Shown here piece by piece: positions 1-11,100 of a DNA stretch of 64,000 nt. The stretch spans positions 5,606 to 69,605 of IMG/VR virus record IMGVR_UViG_3300029543_000205; one strand, 5' to 3'. How positions within the stretch are numbered: the stretch's first letter is position 1; each line of letters opens with the position of its first letter. Below the pieces are notes generated by a model, which made no database searches, was not told where the DNA came from, and saw nothing but the letters and a program-made list of their open reading frames with translations. Made by a program: the position numbers and the translations under genes. Source of the stretch: a virus (Duplodnaviria; Heunggongvirae; Uroviricota; Caudoviricetes).

Positions 1-659
1 ATGTAATACTTCACATGAAGAGTATGTTTTACGAACATATCTAAGCGGTGTAGGTATACATTAGCAAATAACTGGCTTGTAAGATTTCCAACCGGTATGC
101 CGACACCATCCGGGAATATCCCATTATGGTCTATTATCCGGTCAAGGATTACGAGTAAGTCCTTGTCTTTAATGTAGGTTCTGAGTTCTTTCTTCAAAAC
201 CTTATGGTCTATACTCTGGAAGTAGTGGTGTATGTCGGCTTTCAGCACATAAACTGATTTGCCTTGCACGACTTCCAGATTATACAGCCATCTTGTCAAC
301 TGCTTGCTGGCTCTGTGAGCACCTTTCCCCTTTCTGCAAGCGTAGGAATGGTATATGAACTGATGCTCAAATATCGGCTCTATATAATTGACAATCATGT
401 GTTGGATAACCCTATCGTAAAACGGCAATGCCATAATTATCCGTTCCTTTGGTTCCCACACTTTGAAAACTTTGTACTTCCCAGGAGTGTATGTCAAACT
501 CTTTAATTCCCGGCGGGCTTTGCTGAGATATTCTTCTCTGTTTGCTTCAAACTCCAAAACCTCCGGTCTGTACCTTTTGCACCGCCTCGCCTTTCTGTAT
601 GCAAGTAAGGCATTGCTCATGGTACAGATGTTTTTCATAAGACCTGTTATTCTCTTCAT
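1..659 (-). CDS. DGR reverse transcriptase, N-terminal ~219 aa; gene continues beyond window start
   Basis: Minus-strand ATG at 659-657; translation MKRITGLMKN...LLAYRKARRCKRYRPEVLEF...GIPVGNLTSQLFANVYLHRLD (RT motifs incl. DGR-typical SQxFAN); open to position 1 so absent from ORF track; adjacent TR/avd/VR. Confidence 0.8.
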   Translation of the reverse strand, partial: MKRITGLMKNICTMSNALLAYRKARRCKRYRPEVLEFEANREEYLSKARRELKSLTYTPGKYKVFKVWEPKERIIMALPFYDRVIQHMIVNYIEPIFEHQFIYHSYACRKGKGAHRASKQLTRWLYNLEVVQGKSVYVLKADIHHYFQSIDHKVLKKELRTYIKDKDLLVILDRIIDHNGIFPDGVGIPVGNLTSQLFANVYLHRLDMFVKHTLHVKYY

Positions 660-825
660 ATAATCGCTTACGTCACACTTCCTTCGCTTACGCTACTATT
701 TGACTCCGCTGTTTTAAATTTGCCCGATTCGCACGGGACGGGATAGCCGTCTGACTATTCAATAATGATTATCAAATAATCCTTGTTGGCAAGCCGTAGC
801 TCCACCAATCTGAAAGTTTCTAAAT

Positions 826-953
826 AGTCACAGACGCACCAGACGCCAATGTTCGTGTTCACGTTCCACGGATAATTGTTGCAATTCACAGTCCGCGAAC
901 CATCGTGAACCCCGTTGTTCCAGTTGCCACCGCCAATGAGCGCGTGCAAACCT
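826..953 (-). repeat. DGR template repeat (TR), 128 bp
   Basis: 115/128 identical to 1459-1586; every mismatch is T on plus strand of TR (=A in sense orientation); TR sense strand is Asn-codon (AAC) rich. Confidence 0.85.
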
Positions 954-994
954 CGGAGCGACAGTGCGAATTAACAGCTACCCCAAATAGTTGC

Positions 995-1393
995 TTATTT
1001 TCGTTTCTCTGCTTGTGCTTTATTTATCAGACCTCCGATGCACGCTCCCATAATTCCTATCTGCTCTGCACAATATTCGTAAACTCTATTGTTCATCGCA
1101 GAATATCCAAGATCGTGCGCCAATCGGATTTTTCTTACCAATTTTCCTTTCAGCCTGTCGGCTGTATAAAGATGGCTGATTGTCTTTGACCTCTCGTATG
1201 CTTCTATCTCATCCATGATTCCGTCTATACATTCTCGTATATCCTTTTGGAGAGTGAATTTCTCATAATGTGGCATTTCTCTCACTTTCTTATGGAGATA
1301 TACCGATAGGTCGTAGGCCATCTGGTGTGCTTCGGTATGAATGTAATCCATCTTGGTTGTGGTCTGATTTTCGTATTTGCTCTTGTATGCCAT
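995..1393 (-). CDS. avd: accessory variability determinant (Avd)-like small basic helical protein
   Basis: 132-aa basic ORF between target gene and TR, same order as Bordetella phage BPP-1 mtd-avd-TR-brt; position-based plus size/charge. Confidence 0.55.
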   Translation of the reverse strand: MAYKSKYENQTTTKMDYIHTEAHQMAYDLSVYLHKKVREMPHYEKFTLQKDIRECIDGIMDEIEAYERSKTISHLYTADRLKGKLVRKIRLAHDLGYSAMNNRVYEYCAEQIGIMGACIGGLINKAQAEKRK

Positions 1394-1420
1394 CTATTAC
1401 ACCCAACCTTTCAACCGCAA

Positions 1421-1444
1421 GGGACTCGGCTTTCGCCGGTCCCC
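1421..1444 (-). promoter_or_regulatory. GC-rich stem-loop (GGGAC-CGGC-GAAA-GCCG-A-GUCCC) just 3' of VR; candidate DGR homing hairpin/IMH-associated element
   Basis: Perfect nested inverted repeat with GAAA tetraloop 15 nt downstream of VR end in sense direction; absent after TR. Confidence 0.4.
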
Positions 1445-1450
1445 ATCAGC

Positions 1451-2554
1451 TTACAGCGAGTCACAGACGCACCAGACGCCAACGCTCGTGTTCACGTGCC
1501 ACGGACAATTGCCGCAATCCACAGTCCGCGAACCACCGAGAACCCCGTCGCTCCAGTCGCCACCGCCAACGAGCGCGTGCAAACCTGTGTTGTTGGCCAT
1601 GTAAAGCTGGCCAACTTTCTGTCCGCTCATAACGTCATACCAGTTCCATGCTGATCCGGTAGGGTCGTGAATGAACTCATCAAGCCACTTCCATACGTTT
1701 CCAACAAGGTCGCGAACATTCGTTGCGGAAACTGCGTTCTTTACATTTCCGCAGGCGGTTCTTGCCGTATTGGAAGTTGCGGACCATGCGTAGGTGTTGT
1801 TACCATCTTCGCCCTGTGGAGAACCGTATGCACCTTTGCAGAACTCAGCGTAGGTTGGAAGTCTCTTTCCTACTCTCATAGCTCTTTCATTGGCGATATA
1901 CCAGTTTAATCCCTCTGTTCCAGTAATCGGCACAACACCCTTTTTGCTCTGCAAACCACTGGCACCATTGTCGGATGAAAGATAGATGTCTCCCCAGAAC
2001 GGTCCGATATAAACCATTCCGGTAGGATCACAAGTAGGTCTATGGAGAAGAGTCCATACAGAGTTAGGAACAATCCCCTCTGTTACGTTTGTTTCCCATC
2101 CGCTTCCGAGTGCTGCCCCGGATGCGCTGATCGGAATACCGGAACTATTTGTTTTTCTGACTACACCGTAATGGAAGCCACCGATTTTTCTTGATGTAAC
2201 TGCTGTATAACCGTTTGGATATGTCGTATTAAGGGAAATACGATACTGTTCGGATGCAAAGTTGGTTGCGTCTCCGCCGGTGGGATCACAGATATAAATG
2301 CAGTAATCTTTTCCGACTTCAAATTTTGAAGCCGTTCCGTCCAGATTGCTTGCTGTGAGTGTGGTCTTTTCTGTCTTGAAAACAGAATTTCCTACTGCAA
2401 TCAGAACTCCGGCGATTACAGTAAGTGTTCCGCTCTCCATGCGGATGAATTTCTTATCTGATGCCACCACATCAGACATGAGGGCAAGTTTGGGAGTGGT
2501 TATCTTTGCAATATCATTCTCCATTGCCTCATCATAACCGTAGAATTTACTCAT
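1451..2554 (-). CDS. DGR target protein with C-terminal FGE-sulfatase/C-type lectin fold; putative receptor-binding tail fibre
   Basis: 367 aa; RVGKRLPTYAEF...GNVWKW motifs of formylglycine-generating-enzyme/CLec fold; VR encodes C-terminus (GGGDWSDGVLGGSRTVDCGNCPWHVNTSVGVWCVCDSL). Confidence 0.8.
   Translation of the reverse strand: MSKFYGYDEAMENDIAKITTPKLALMSDVVASDKKFIRMESGTLTVIAGVLIAVGNSVFKTEKTTLTASNLDGTASKFEVGKDYCIYICDPTGGDATNFASEQYRISLNTTYPNGYTAVTSRKIGGFHYGVVRKTNSSGIPISASGAALGSGWETNVTEGIVPNSVWTLLHRPTCDPTGMVYIGPFWGDIYLSSDNGASGLQSKKGVVPITGTEGLNWYIANERAMRVGKRLPTYAEFCKGAYGSPQGEDGNNTYAWSATSNTARTACGNVKNAVSATNVRDLVGNVWKWLDEFIHDPTGSAWNWYDVMSGQKVGQLYMANNTGLHALVGGGDWSDGVLGGSRTVDCGNCPWHVNTSVGVWCVCDSL
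1459..1586 (-). repeat. DGR variable repeat (VR) at 3' end of target gene
   Basis: 128-bp near-copy of TR; 13 substitutions all at TR adenine positions; last ~22 nt (sense GGCGTCTGGTGCGTCTGTGACT) invariant between TR and VR. Confidence 0.85.
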
Positions 2555-2990
2555 TAGCCAATTCCTCCTTGATCTGATTCAGTTCTTCGGCTGTCATGCC
2601 GAGACTGTCATAAATTGTGTAAGGTGCGGTAACTGCAATTTCCGTAGCTTCGGTAGAAACCATAGCGGAAGTGGAGATAATGGTTGTTTCCAACTGGGTA
2701 TCTCCAGTGTGCTCATCCGGTTCTCCCTCTTCGTGGGTAACATTCGTGATGTTCACAGTCTTGTTGCCAACGATTGCCTTTGTTCCGGCCTTTGCCTCTG
2801 CACAATAGTTGATAGTTACTGTTTTCTTATCCTCTCCTACCGCAAGGATAGGGCAGTGAAGATAATTCATGTTTTCAAGATCTTCGATGGCTTCCAACAG
2901 GTCTTTTGCTGCAAATGCGCCATCATCCACCAAGGATTTACAATTTCTAATGTCCTCGGCGGTTGCAAGTCTCTTAGGGAAATCTCTCAT
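2547..2990 (-). CDS. hypothetical phage structural/tail-fibre-associated protein
   Basis: 147-aa ORF, 8-bp overlap with downstream target gene start; no recognisable motif. Confidence 0.4.
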   Translation of the reverse strand: MRDFPKRLATAEDIRNCKSLVDDGAFAAKDLLEAIEDLENMNYLHCPILAVGEDKKTVTINYCAEAKAGTKAIVGNKTVNITNVTHEEGEPDEHTGDTQLETTIISTSAMVSTEATEIAVTAPYTIYDSLGMTAEELNQIKEELANE

Positions 2991-3004
2991 TGTGTCTACC
3001 TCCG

Positions 3005-3793
3005 TTATTTATTTACATAGGCTCCTACAAAACCATCGACAAACGCCAATCCGTTGCCGTCTATGATTCTGAAAGTCTTATGTGTCATAAGATCCGCATT
3101 GCTGATAGAAAATGTTTTCGGGGCAACCATATAGTTGTCGTTCGCAATGCTTATTGTGTACTCTCCTGCCTCTATGAGATACAAAGGCTGAGTATAATCT
3201 GTAACAGTATATTTGTTACCGGATGTTACATTTTGAACAGTTATTGCAGCAGCAGTTCCAACGGTATCGTTGAAATGTATCTTCACTGCAAGGTTTCTAA
3301 TGTGGGTTTCCACATCGTTGATTTCATTCTGCAATTTTCCGGCTGCATCCGCTGACAACTGATCTTTAATCATTGAAAACCATTGATTAAACAATATTTC
3401 CTGATTGTTCTCAAACGTTGTCATTTCAGATGTGTAGTCTTTCTTTAACTGCACAACATCCGCATTTGCCGTTGCCTGCAAATTGTCGAGAAAGATATTG
3501 AATGAGTCGAGATCCAGATTTGCTCTCTTGTCAAACTCAACTTTCTGGTTCTCAAAAAACTCTGTGAATACCTCATACAAATCTGTTCCGTTTTCCAATG
3601 CTGCCATGATTGCGTTGACGGCTGTATTGATGCGGTTGGCATCATACGCACCGAAAAACGATTCATCATACACCGTATACTGGGTCACATCTTTTACGGA
3701 ATAACTGCCGTCCCCATTATCAATAGGTATGAACTTCCGCAGACCGGACCATACGGCATCCTTGTAGTCTGTCTTTAATCGTTCCCACGCCAC
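3005..3793 (-). CDS. hypothetical tail/fibre protein
   Basis: 262-aa ORF in structural operon. Confidence 0.4.
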   Translation of the reverse strand: MAWERLKTDYKDAVWSGLRKFIPIDNGDGSYSVKDVTQYTVYDESFFGAYDANRINTAVNAIMAALENGTDLYEVFTEFFENQKVEFDKRANLDLDSFNIFLDNLQATANADVVQLKKDYTSEMTTFENNQEILFNQWFSMIKDQLSADAAGKLQNEINDVETHIRNLAVKIHFNDTVGTAAAITVQNVTSGNKYTVTDYTQPLYLIEAGEYTISIANDNYMVAPKTFSISNADLMTHKTFRIIDGNGLAFVDGFVGAYVNK

Positions 3794-4411
3794 TTAGAAC
3801 GCCTCCCTCCTTATGCCAAAGTTAAAGGTAAGCATCTGCCGACCTCTGTATTGGTTTAATAACTGATTGAATAAATCCAAAATCAGGCTTTCAATGCGGT
3901 TGAGTTCGTTGAAATCAAAAATCTTTCCATTCGCTGTGTATAAGGGGTTCTCCCCTATGTCCGGCTTAAATGTGTTTTCAGCTATGAGCTTAATGTTTTC
4001 TTCCAACTGATTTATCTCATCCGCATAAAAATACTGGTCTTTGCTCCTATCGTCTCCCAGATCATTTATGGAAAACTCCTGGTACATTGCCACGGCTATC
4101 TCTCTGAGATATGCGAGGTTGTTCTTTATCCGGTTGAAATCTTCCGTGTTGAACCGGTCTCCGTGATAAATCCCATCATCGTCTGTGTAGCCGTACCAAT
4201 TTGTTTTCGGAGTGGTCCAGGAACCGGAGATAGAAACAACCATTGTTTCCGTTGTACTATTCCCGGCAGAATCCGTTGCCGTCAATACAGCTACATGATC
4301 CTTTTCTGAACCGTCTATGTTTGCGGAGGCTTTATATACTGTTCCGATAGAGTGCTGAAAATTCAGTTCTTTATCGTCAAGCGTTCCTGTGACATTTGCT
4401 ATATCAGCCAT
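3794..4411 (-). CDS. hypothetical tail protein
   Basis: 205-aa ORF, abuts previous gene (stop/start adjacent). Confidence 0.4.
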   Translation of the reverse strand: MADIANVTGTLDDKELNFQHSIGTVYKASANIDGSEKDHVAVLTATDSAGNSTTETMVVSISGSWTTPKTNWYGYTDDDGIYHGDRFNTEDFNRIKNNLAYLREIAVAMYQEFSINDLGDDRSKDQYFYADEINQLEENIKLIAENTFKPDIGENPLYTANGKIFDFNELNRIESLILDLFNQLLNQYRGRQMLTFNFGIRREAF

Positions 4412-4641
4412 TCTTCATCGCCTCCTATCCTTTGGTGTAATTGCCAACGTATGCCAGTGGCAATTTATCAGGAATTTCCTTGTCTGATATATTGACATAG
4501 GAGCCAACATAATTGCCGACAAATGCAACGCCTTTCAGTTCCTCAATGGAAACTGAGATTGTGTATTTCCCTTTTGCCTGCACGGGGTTTGGACTTATCG
4601 TAACATCCCTTACCAATATGTTAGCTGCCATGCCGCACCGC

Positions 4642-5529
4642 CTAATCTGTTACCGAAACAGAAATTACATAGGTTGCTCCGACATCTGCCGGGTTCGGTG
4701 CCAATGAAACATCTGAGATAACCGGTGCTTTTGTATCGAGGGTTACTGTTCTTGTGACGGTCGTTGTTCTTCCGGCTCCGTCCTTTGCCACAATGGTAAT
4801 GGTGTTTGAACCGTCTTTCAGGGTTATATCCTTTGAGAAAGTACCATCATCATATACGGTCACTGCACTGCCGTTGATTGTCAGTGTAACCGGGCTTGAT
4901 GTTGCATCGTTGGTCGTTCCGGCAACCGTTACCGTGGTCTTATTAGTGATGAGCTTGTCTACCGGACTTGTAACTGATAACTCAGGCGGCACAGTATCGA
5001 TCTTGAATGAAACACTCTTCTGGGTAGCTGCGTTTCCGTCATAGTCGGATGCTTTCACAACAACGGTGTGTGAACCGTCTGAAAGTGCTGTGGACGGTTT
5101 ATAACTACACGAATAACCAGATGTTGTCTTTGTTTTTGTGATTCCAGATATTTCAGAACCATCAATAAGCAGTTTGATTGTATCTGGATTGACACCAGAA
5201 TCATCATCTGTGACTGTGAATGAAATTGTCGGCTGATTACTCGTAAGTAACTGTGATGCTGTCGGAGAAGAGATTGTAATAACCGGTGCGGTTTTCTCTT
5301 TTACCGTAAGCCTCAGCTTGCTTCCGAGTGTGGCGTCCGACTGGTTTACGGTAGTCGTGTTGCCTGCCTCATCCTTGGCGATGATCTGTACTCCGTAATA
5401 ATGTCCTGACTGATTGTATGAGGACTTTGCCGGAGCTGTAAGCGTAGCCTTGTAAGTCTTTGATTTGCTGTCGTATTTGAGTGTGGTAGTCACGCCATTT
5501 ACGATAGCCTGTACGGATTTAATAGCCAT
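4642..5529 (-). CDS. Ig-like (Big) domain-containing structural protein
   Basis: 295 aa, repeated T/S/V-rich beta-strand segments typical of bacterial Ig-like domains (TVTVAGTTNDATSSPVTLTINGSAVTV). Confidence 0.45.
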   Translation of the reverse strand: MAIKSVQAIVNGVTTTLKYDSKSKTYKATLTAPAKSSYNQSGHYYGVQIIAKDEAGNTTTVNQSDATLGSKLRLTVKEKTAPVITISSPTASQLLTSNQPTISFTVTDDDSGVNPDTIKLLIDGSEISGITKTKTTSGYSCSYKPSTALSDGSHTVVVKASDYDGNAATQKSVSFKIDTVPPELSVTSPVDKLITNKTTVTVAGTTNDATSSPVTLTINGSAVTVYDDGTFSKDITLKDGSNTITIVAKDGAGRTTTVTRTVTLDTKAPVISDVSLAPNPADVGATYVISVSVTD

Positions 5530-5553
5530 TCATTTTCCTCTTCCTTTCTGTTC

Positions 5554-7800
5554 TTATTTTTCTGATACCCTACGGGCAATTACCTTTCCAGATAAGCTCT
5601 GTGAGAAATTAACAATGTGGCGGTAGATATTTACCTTTAATCCGGGGCGGTATGCGTTCTCTTGATAAACAATGTCGTTCGCATCAATCTCTGGATTTCC
5701 ACGGGTATTGTATTCGTACTCAATACCGGCGTTGTAATAATCCCCAAGCCAGTCTGCCAAGTGGTTTGCTGTTTCCATATCGCTTACCAGAGGATTTTTC
5801 CATGTTATGGTCTTTCCTCTGCTATTGAGCGTTTTTACGGCATACTGCTCAACAATGTTGTATCTGTGTCCTATAATTTCAAACTGGTACTTGCCAGTAA
5901 TCAGAAACTTAACTGTCACATAATAATCTCCGCTTTCTACAATGCTGACGTTTGATGCTGAGGAATTGAACGTAGCTCTGCATCCATAAGTCGGATCTCC
6001 GAGATAATACGTCTGAATATCTCCCTTTACTGCCTCCGTCTCTTCGCTGATAAGAGTTTCTTCCGCGGTTCCTTTCTGGTAGGAATAGCATGGCACTCTG
6101 ACCGCCTTGACAAGCTCCTGCTTGATTGATTTCGGAGAAGAGGTCATATCCTGCCTTTCCATTGTGAAATCCGTTATATCGCCAAATGAGAAGTAATCAA
6201 CGACTATGCGGTTGAATGGTTCTTTTGTCTTTGTAAACTCAATCTCCAACAAATCAAAATCATCAAAATCGTGCTGCACTATCAGCCTCTTTGTAATGTC
6301 CGAATTTACCTCATACTCATCCACCTTTTTGCCGTCATTGAAAGTTCTGAATATAATTCCGTCCGGCAGCGTAGAGCCGAACATTAACTGCAATCCATAG
6401 TACATACAGGCGGTTTCCTGAGTTATGTAGATAATCGGATTTTCTTCAAATAGGCAATCCTTATTGGACTGCTGTAATGAAATATATCCGGTATACTTAT
6501 CTGCCTTACTCTGGTTCTCCGGGAGATAATACATTTCTGCATTTACAGTGGTGTAGTTGTGCGCAAATGAAGCGTACTCCTGTTTTGCAGTCTCACTCTT
6601 TATATTCCGAACATGGGAATACTCTGTCTCTCCGTTGCACGTTATGTCGTACTCTGGGGCGAATGAGGATTTAATCTGCGGTCTACCGTACCGGTTCTGT
6701 GAAAGAACACATCGGCAGGCATTTGCGATAATCTGCAAGGCCTCTTTGTGCTTAACCCTCGGTATGGGGTTTTTCGTGGTTGACTTTTTGAGGTACGGAT
6801 CAATGTAGTATTCATCAATTCCTGCATCCTGAAAGACCAATTCTGCTGCATGGTAATATGTGATTCCTGCCGGAGCATAACAGCCTTTGTAATATTCTTC
6901 GTCCATGTTTCTGAACAGATCCTGACACCTTATCGTTGCCGAGTAATCATCACTTTCCCATGCACTACACTGTAACTTTGCCCCTCTTATCCATTCGATA
7001 GTGTCTGAGTTCGGCAACTGATAACCGTACCAGACATACATCTCCTGTCCTGTCTCCAAGAAGTTGATTGCTGAGTTTGGGTTGTCTACATTGAAATACT
7101 GATCGTAGTTCTGCAGCTTAACCATAAAATCTATCTGTGGAACATCCTCACAAATCGGGGATATGTAGCTGTCTAATTTAGAGTCCATAATATCGTCATT
7201 GTAATAAACAAGACCGTAGCCTAACTGAATTGAATAAATCCTCAGTCTGGAATATGGATTTTTCATCTTATAGAAGATGAATTTTATATATGTGGTATTC
7301 TCTAACACCTGTTCTGTGCTGAACTCTGACTGATCGTTGTCAACAATCTCTATTCTCTGTCCGCTACTCGTGAGTATGTCGAACCGGGTAGGATAAACCT
7401 CTCCAAAATTGATAGTCAGTCCTTTAATGTCCGTTGCTACAACATTCAGTTCGATAAGCAGCTCATATCCGCTTGCCGGAATCAGAGGCTTACTTATCAA
7501 ACCGGTGTCGTAGTAATTCCCGGAAGTATTCTCTCTTGGTAGAAAATACATAGAGCCATCTACCTTTGTGAAATCCTGCTCCAATGTGGCATATACGGTT
7601 GTCTCTTTTCGCTGACCGAATAAACCGGTCTGCTTTGAATAGTAGGCAAAGTTGTTACCCATGACGGTTGCATTGGCCTGTGCTTCCTGATTTACCAGAC
7701 CGAATGAAATCATCATATATGATCGCTCTCTTAGAGAGCTTTTCATGCTTGCCTTGTATTCATTTGATACTTTCTGCATACCATCACTCTCCGCAATCAA
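5554..7800 (-). CDS. large tail protein (Tal/minor structural protein-like)
   Basis: 748 aa immediately downstream of tape measure and small tail component, canonical siphovirus position. Confidence 0.5.
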   Translation of the reverse strand: MIAESDGMQKVSNEYKASMKSSLRERSYMMISFGLVNQEAQANATVMGNNFAYYSKQTGLFGQRKETTVYATLEQDFTKVDGSMYFLPRENTSGNYYDTGLISKPLIPASGYELLIELNVVATDIKGLTINFGEVYPTRFDILTSSGQRIEIVDNDQSEFSTEQVLENTTYIKFIFYKMKNPYSRLRIYSIQLGYGLVYYNDDIMDSKLDSYISPICEDVPQIDFMVKLQNYDQYFNVDNPNSAINFLETGQEMYVWYGYQLPNSDTIEWIRGAKLQCSAWESDDYSATIRCQDLFRNMDEEYYKGCYAPAGITYYHAAELVFQDAGIDEYYIDPYLKKSTTKNPIPRVKHKEALQIIANACRCVLSQNRYGRPQIKSSFAPEYDITCNGETEYSHVRNIKSETAKQEYASFAHNYTTVNAEMYYLPENQSKADKYTGYISLQQSNKDCLFEENPIIYITQETACMYYGLQLMFGSTLPDGIIFRTFNDGKKVDEYEVNSDITKRLIVQHDFDDFDLLEIEFTKTKEPFNRIVVDYFSFGDITDFTMERQDMTSSPKSIKQELVKAVRVPCYSYQKGTAEETLISEETEAVKGDIQTYYLGDPTYGCRATFNSSASNVSIVESGDYYVTVKFLITGKYQFEIIGHRYNIVEQYAVKTLNSRGKTITWKNPLVSDMETANHLADWLGDYYNAGIEYEYNTRGNPEIDANDIVYQENAYRPGLKVNIYRHIVNFSQSLSGKVIARRVSEK

Positions 7801-8155
7801 TAAGGTTTACTTTGCAACTCTGATAGGTAATTGGATTTCCGTCTGAATCTATCCAGTACGGTTCCGCCGTTCTATCTCCGGGGTACATCTTAATCGTGAT
7901 TTTCTTCATTGTTACCGGATCCGGGAACGTGACATATACGAAAAATGCACTCAGCACTGTAAGCATCCGGCTCCATTCTGCTGCTGTAAGCCACGGCCAT
8001 TCGAGGGTGTCGAGTTTGTATTGATCCCGGCCAACCCTCTGCCCTACGACCGTGCCGTTGGCATTTCTTCCGGCATCCACCATGGTAGATACTGTTGGTT
8101 TTGCCCCACGCTTCGGAGGTGGGAAGTCATAACCATTAACTGATATATAAGCCAT
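7784..8155 (-). CDS. tail component (distal-tail-protein position)
   Basis: 123-aa ORF directly after tape measure gene. Confidence 0.4.
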   Translation of the reverse strand: MAYISVNGYDFPPPKRGAKPTVSTMVDAGRNANGTVVGQRVGRDQYKLDTLEWPWLTAAEWSRMLTVLSAFFVYVTFPDPVTMKKITIKMYPGDRTAEPYWIDSDGNPITYQSCKVNLIDCGE

Positions 8156-8169
8156 TCCCTATCCCTCCT

Positions 8170-11100
8170 TTACGCTCCTTGGAAACTGTAACCGTTCGCA
8201 TTGCGCTGTGTGGTTACTGCATCCGTTACTGTCTTGCCGCCAATCTCAACAATCGTCTGTTCTTTCTTGTCGGCCTGTGTCTTTGTGTTTCTTGAAATAT
8301 CATTCACAGCGGTTGTGATACCCAGATCATCCAAAGCCTCTTTTATGGCATCTTTCAGACCGCCGCCGGAATTAAGGGTAGCCTGTACAGTTCCCCGTGT
8401 GGAAACCTCTCTCGTAACTCTCTGAACAATGGCTTCATTCGTGAAATCACTACCGTAGTTGTTCTGGTAATCTTTCAATGCAGCATTGTCGATTTTCAGA
8501 CGTGTGCCGAGGTTCACTTCCATGTTTGAGAACGAATCCGTCCAGGATGTTACAAATCCTTTTGTTTTCGCTCCCTCTTTTTCGATTCCCTCGTTATATC
8601 CCTCTACGGAATACACACCTAACTGCCGGAATACCCTTGACGGAGAGTTTATATCCAACTTGTCCTTGAACCATGAGATAATACTGCTGCCCCATGATTC
8701 AATGTTGTTCTTGCAGGTGGAATACAGATTTCCTATACCGTTCTTAAAACCATCTACCACATTTTTTGCAATGTCATACCACTTGTCATAAGAACAGGTA
8801 TTTGTGAACCACGTTTTTACATTAGAAGCCCATGTTGTAATGTTGCTCTTGCAAGTCGTATAACTGTTTCCGATTTTCGTTTTGAAGCCGGAAATAATAT
8901 TCTCTGCATAGGTGCTCCACTTAGAGCTATTGATGCCTCCAAAACCACTATCAGAGAACCATGTTTTGAGGTTTGACGCCCATGTTGTGATATTACTTTT
9001 CGTATCTGTGTATGACAGTCCGATTTTGTTTCTGAAACCAGTTATGATATTTCCTGCATAAGTGGTCCATGTGGCATTGTTGATATTTCCGAATGAAGAT
9101 CCAGAAAACCAATCTTTCAGGCCACTCGCCCAAGTAGTAATGTTGTTCTTTGTGGTGGTATAGGTGTTTCCAACCTTTTCCCGGAAACCGGAAATGATAT
9201 TGTTTGCGTAGGTCTGCCAAGTATTGCTATTGATGTTTCCAAAACCGCTGCTCGTATACCATTCCTTAACTTTGCTCGCCCAGGTTGTGATGTTATCTTT
9301 TGTGGTGGTGTATGTGTTACCCACCTTTGTTTTGAAACCAGTGATAATATCATTTGCGTAGGTGGTCCATGTACCGTTATTCACTCCGCCGAATGAAGAA
9401 CTATTAAACCATTCCTTTGCCTTTGAGGCCCATGTGGTAATGTTGTCCTTGGTCTGTGTATAGGCATTTCCCACTTTTGTCTTGAAACCGGAGATAATGT
9501 CATTTGCATATCCGGTCCATGTTTCCACGTTGATCCCGCCAAATGATGAATTGTTGAACCACTCTTTAGCCTTAGTAGCCCAAGTCGTGATGCTGTCTTT
9601 CGTGGTGGTATAAGCATTGCCTATCTTGTCCTTAAAGCCGGTTATGATGTTCTGACCGTGGGTTTCCCAAGTCTCTTTGCAAATCTTTCCAAAACTCGTA
9701 CCCGAGAACCAGTCATTGACCTTTCCGGCCCACTCCGTAACTTTTGCTTGGCAGTCTGAGAATTTCTTTCCGATGCCTCCATTGAAAGCAGTGACAAGAT
9801 TGCTTCCAAGTGTGCTGAATACGGTTGAATCGGATGAACCACCTATGCCAAATATTCCTTTGACAACATCCGTCACATTTCCGAAACAACTCAACGCTGT
9901 CTGCAATGGTGCTGGCAAAAGGGATTTAGATATTCCACCAAGCAAACCACTGACTATTTTCTCTCCGACAGTATTTATTTCTCCATCATCAGATCCAATT
10001 CCGAACTTCTTTGATATTCCCTCAACAACGCTTGTTTTCAGTTCGTTCCAAATGGCGGTCCATGATACCCATTTAAACAAATTCTTGAACGTCCACTTGG
10101 CTGCAAATACCTTAAATACTGTTTTGAGAATTGTGTCCCAGTCAATCTCGGACATTGCCGTTCCTACGCCCTTTAGAAGTTCGTACCAATCTACCTCATC
10201 TATCAAAGTGTTAATCAGTGTGCATACACCAGTGATGAGGGAATTGATTGTACCTCCTGCATCTTTCCAGTTGATGGTTTTTACGGCTTTGTTAATTGCA
10301 CTCGCAAAGTCACTACCGATTTTCTTGAAATCAATCTTTGCAAGGAATTTTCCAATACCACTGAAAAGTGTCTTGATGCTGTTTCCGAGTGTCGTTCCGA
10401 CAAGTTCCCAGTCAATGTTTGTGATTGCCGTATTGAGGTTTGAACCAAGTCCAGAACAGAAACTATCGAAGCCGTCCTTAACTGTTTTCCAGTCGATGTT
10501 TTTCAGTGCCGTATTGACACCGCTTGCAAAGTTCTTTGCGATGTCCGTCCACGGAAATGTCTTTGAGAAATTCAGTACGGCGGTAAATACCCCATTCACG
10601 AAACCGGCAAATGTTTCTCCGATTCCGTCATAATCAATTCCGGCGATCGCATTGCCGAGAAGATTTCCGATTGCAGTTCCAAGTGAAGCCCAGTCCAACC
10701 CTTTGACAAATGTTTTTGCAAAAGTGATTGCTGAGTTTATCGTATTGGAAATTGCAGTGCCGATTTTCTTCCAAAGGTCCTCTGTCTGCAGGGCAGCGTT
10801 GATTGCATCAACAATGCCTTGTGCCAACCCCTTTGCAGTCTTATTTATCAGAGTCCAATCCAGAGTATCTAATGCGCCTATGATAAGGTTTGCAATGGCT
10901 GTTCCAAGACTGCTCCAGTGGAAGTTCTCAACGAATGAATCAACAAACTCAAACGCTGAGTTGATTGCCTGTGCTATGGTTACTCCGATTTCTGTAAATA
11001 ATCCCGGGGTTTCAAGGAAACCATTCAGGAATGTGGCGATACTCTTGGCGATCTTTCTCAGTGTTGCCTTAATTCCATCCCACGGAATGTTTTCGAGAGC

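Noticed and set aside
264-663. Plus-strand ORFs 264-506 and 463-663
   Set aside because: They are antisense to the well-supported RT reading frame on the minus strand.
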